NCBI RefSeq assembly: GCF_036365525.1
Contig: NW_027140807.1
Location: 1,550,001-1,614,000 of the forward strand
Direction: 5' to 3'
From: Heterodontus francisci
Lineage: Eukaryota
Length of the DNA stretch: 64,000 nucleotides
This document shows positions 62,621-64,000 of the stretch, piece after piece. A program made the position numbers and the translations under genes. Below the pieces are notes generated by a model. That model was not told the origin of the DNA. It was given only the letters and a program-made list of their open reading frames with translations, and did not search any database. Within the stretch, counting starts at the first letter, position 1, and each line of letters opens with the position of its first letter.

Positions 62621-63101
62621 GGTTTTTATTGAACTGTTCCAATTCTCTGAGTCAGTGTGAAGTCTCCAGGCTCAGAAATACACGGCCGAGTGATTCTCCC
62701 GCAGGCTGGAGGTCTCCAGATTGAACTGGGAGTCAGTCGGTCTCTCGGCGGTGAAACCGCCCACTGTCCCCTCTGGATCCACATAGTTAACAGTACTGGA
62801 GTAAAACATCAACAGCGGCTCCTTCCCCGGGTATTGTCTGTACCAGTACATGGAGAGGTTACTGCTGCTCCCCTCCACGGTGCACCTCAGTTCCACTCAT
62901 TTCTCGGGAAACCTGGAGACTGCGGCGGGAGTCTGGTGGATAGTCTGTGAGTTGACATCTGGGAGAGAGATGGAGAGAGGAGGAGATCAGTAAACAGGGA
63001 ACTTCTGGGAATGGAAGGGAGACAGGGAGAAGACAGGAAGGTTCTGAAGGATAATCTTTGTATCCTTGAACCAGGATTATCAGAGCCAGGAACAGATACA
63101 T
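62621..63101 (-). pseudogene. TRBV: V23: TRBV pseudogene (family C)
   Basis: V exon 62660-62958 with TGA at 62897-62899 and second Cys to TGA at 62672-62674; leader ending at 63101 has lost its GT donor; RSS CACACTG-23-ATAAAAACC at 62621-62659. Confidence 0.9.
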
Positions 63102-63339
63102 CTCCCACTTGACACTGCCCTCTCAAACAGCAAAGGAAGTGGAACAGAGGAAATCAGTTCTGTGACTAACCAATCCGCTCTTTACAAGTCATTGAGTAAA
63201 ACATGAAGGGCATGAGGAAGTAATGCAGTGTTGGACACGCCCCCTTCCAGCACCCAACCAATCAGAATGGACGTGGTTGCTTATGATGGTTGAGTGACTG
63301 GATTAAGTGTTGTTAACATCCCCAACAAGAGTGTCTGTT

Positions 63340-64000
63340 AGATCGGAGTCTGTTCCCTGTGGGGTATTTAGATAGGAGTCTGTTCCCGGGGGGGGGGGGG
63401 TGTTTAGATAGGAGTCTGTTCCGGGGGTGGGGGGGGGCGGTATTTAGATAGGAGTCTGTTCCCGGGGGGGGTATTTAGATAGGAGTCTGTTCCGGGGGTG
63501 GGGGGGGGGTATTTAGATAGGAGTCTGTTCCCGGGGGGGGGGGGTATTTAGATAGGAGTCTGTTCTGGGGGTGGGGGGGGCGGTATTTAGATAGGACTCT
63601 GTTCCCGGGGGGGGTATTTAGATGGGGGTCTGTTCCCGGGGCCCGGGGGGGGTGGTATTTAGATAGGAGTCTGTTCCCGGGGGGGTATTTAGATAGGAGT
63701 CTGTTCCCGGTGGGGGTATTTAGATAGGAGTCTGTTCCCGGGTGGGGGTATTTAGATAGGAGTCTGTTGTGGGGTATTTAGATAGGAGTCTGTTCCTCGG
63801 GGGGGGGGGGGGTATTTAGATAGGAGTCTGTTGTGGGGTATTTAGATAGGAGTCTGTTCCCGGGGGGGTATTTAGATAGGAGTCTGTTCCCGGGGGGGGT
63901 ATTTAGATAGGAGTCTGTTGTGGGGTATTTAGATAGGAGTCTGTTCCTCGGGCGTGGTGGGGTATTTAGATAGGAGTCTGTTCCCAGTGGGGTATTTAGA
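63340..64000 (+). repeat. G-rich minisatellite, ~20 units of roughly 26-45 bp, running off the window end
   Basis: GGTATTTAGATAGGAGTCTGTT(CCC)G(n) with variable G-run length. Confidence 0.95.

Noticed and set aside
4214-62958. Alternative identity as IgH/IgW/IgNAR, NAR-TCR or TCR alpha/delta/gamma V genes
   Set aside because: There are no closely linked D/J segments as in shark Ig clusters or NAR-TCR cassettes, and the WYRQ, CAWS, CAA(G/R) and GS..YE motifs fit TRBV best. Not excluded absolutely, because no C gene is in the window.

Overview
Vertebrate genomic DNA, most likely a cartilaginous fish (inferred from the CR1/L2-group LINE, RTE, Penelope and tRNA-SINE content and the V-gene families). 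The window is part of a T-cell receptor beta variable (TRBV) gene cluster. It holds 22 V exons, all on the minus strand, each followed by a recombination signal sequence (RSS), most with a separate phase-1 leader exon. It also holds one leader whose V exon lies left of the window and several relics. About 13 genes look intact, 7 are pseudogenes, and 2 have intact ORFs but abnormal RSSs. I found no D, J or C segments. The locus is built from nested duplications: ~1-18.8 kb is repeated at ~39.8-57.8 kb, and ~22.2-26.4 kb at ~29.1-33.5 kb. Most notable: (1) an intact V gene whose 23-bp RSS spacer became an exact 12-bp spacer through an 11-bp deletion; (2) an RSS-proximal CTCF-like motif amplified into a 25 x 45-bp array (4, 1 and 1 copies in paralogs), plus other co-oriented CTCF-like sites; (3) a perfect AP-1 site (TGACTCA) at the heptamer/spacer junction of most V RSSs, in the same register as the AP-1 site known in the mouse D-beta 23-RSS. 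V numbers are my own left-to-right labels, and coordinates were counted by hand.
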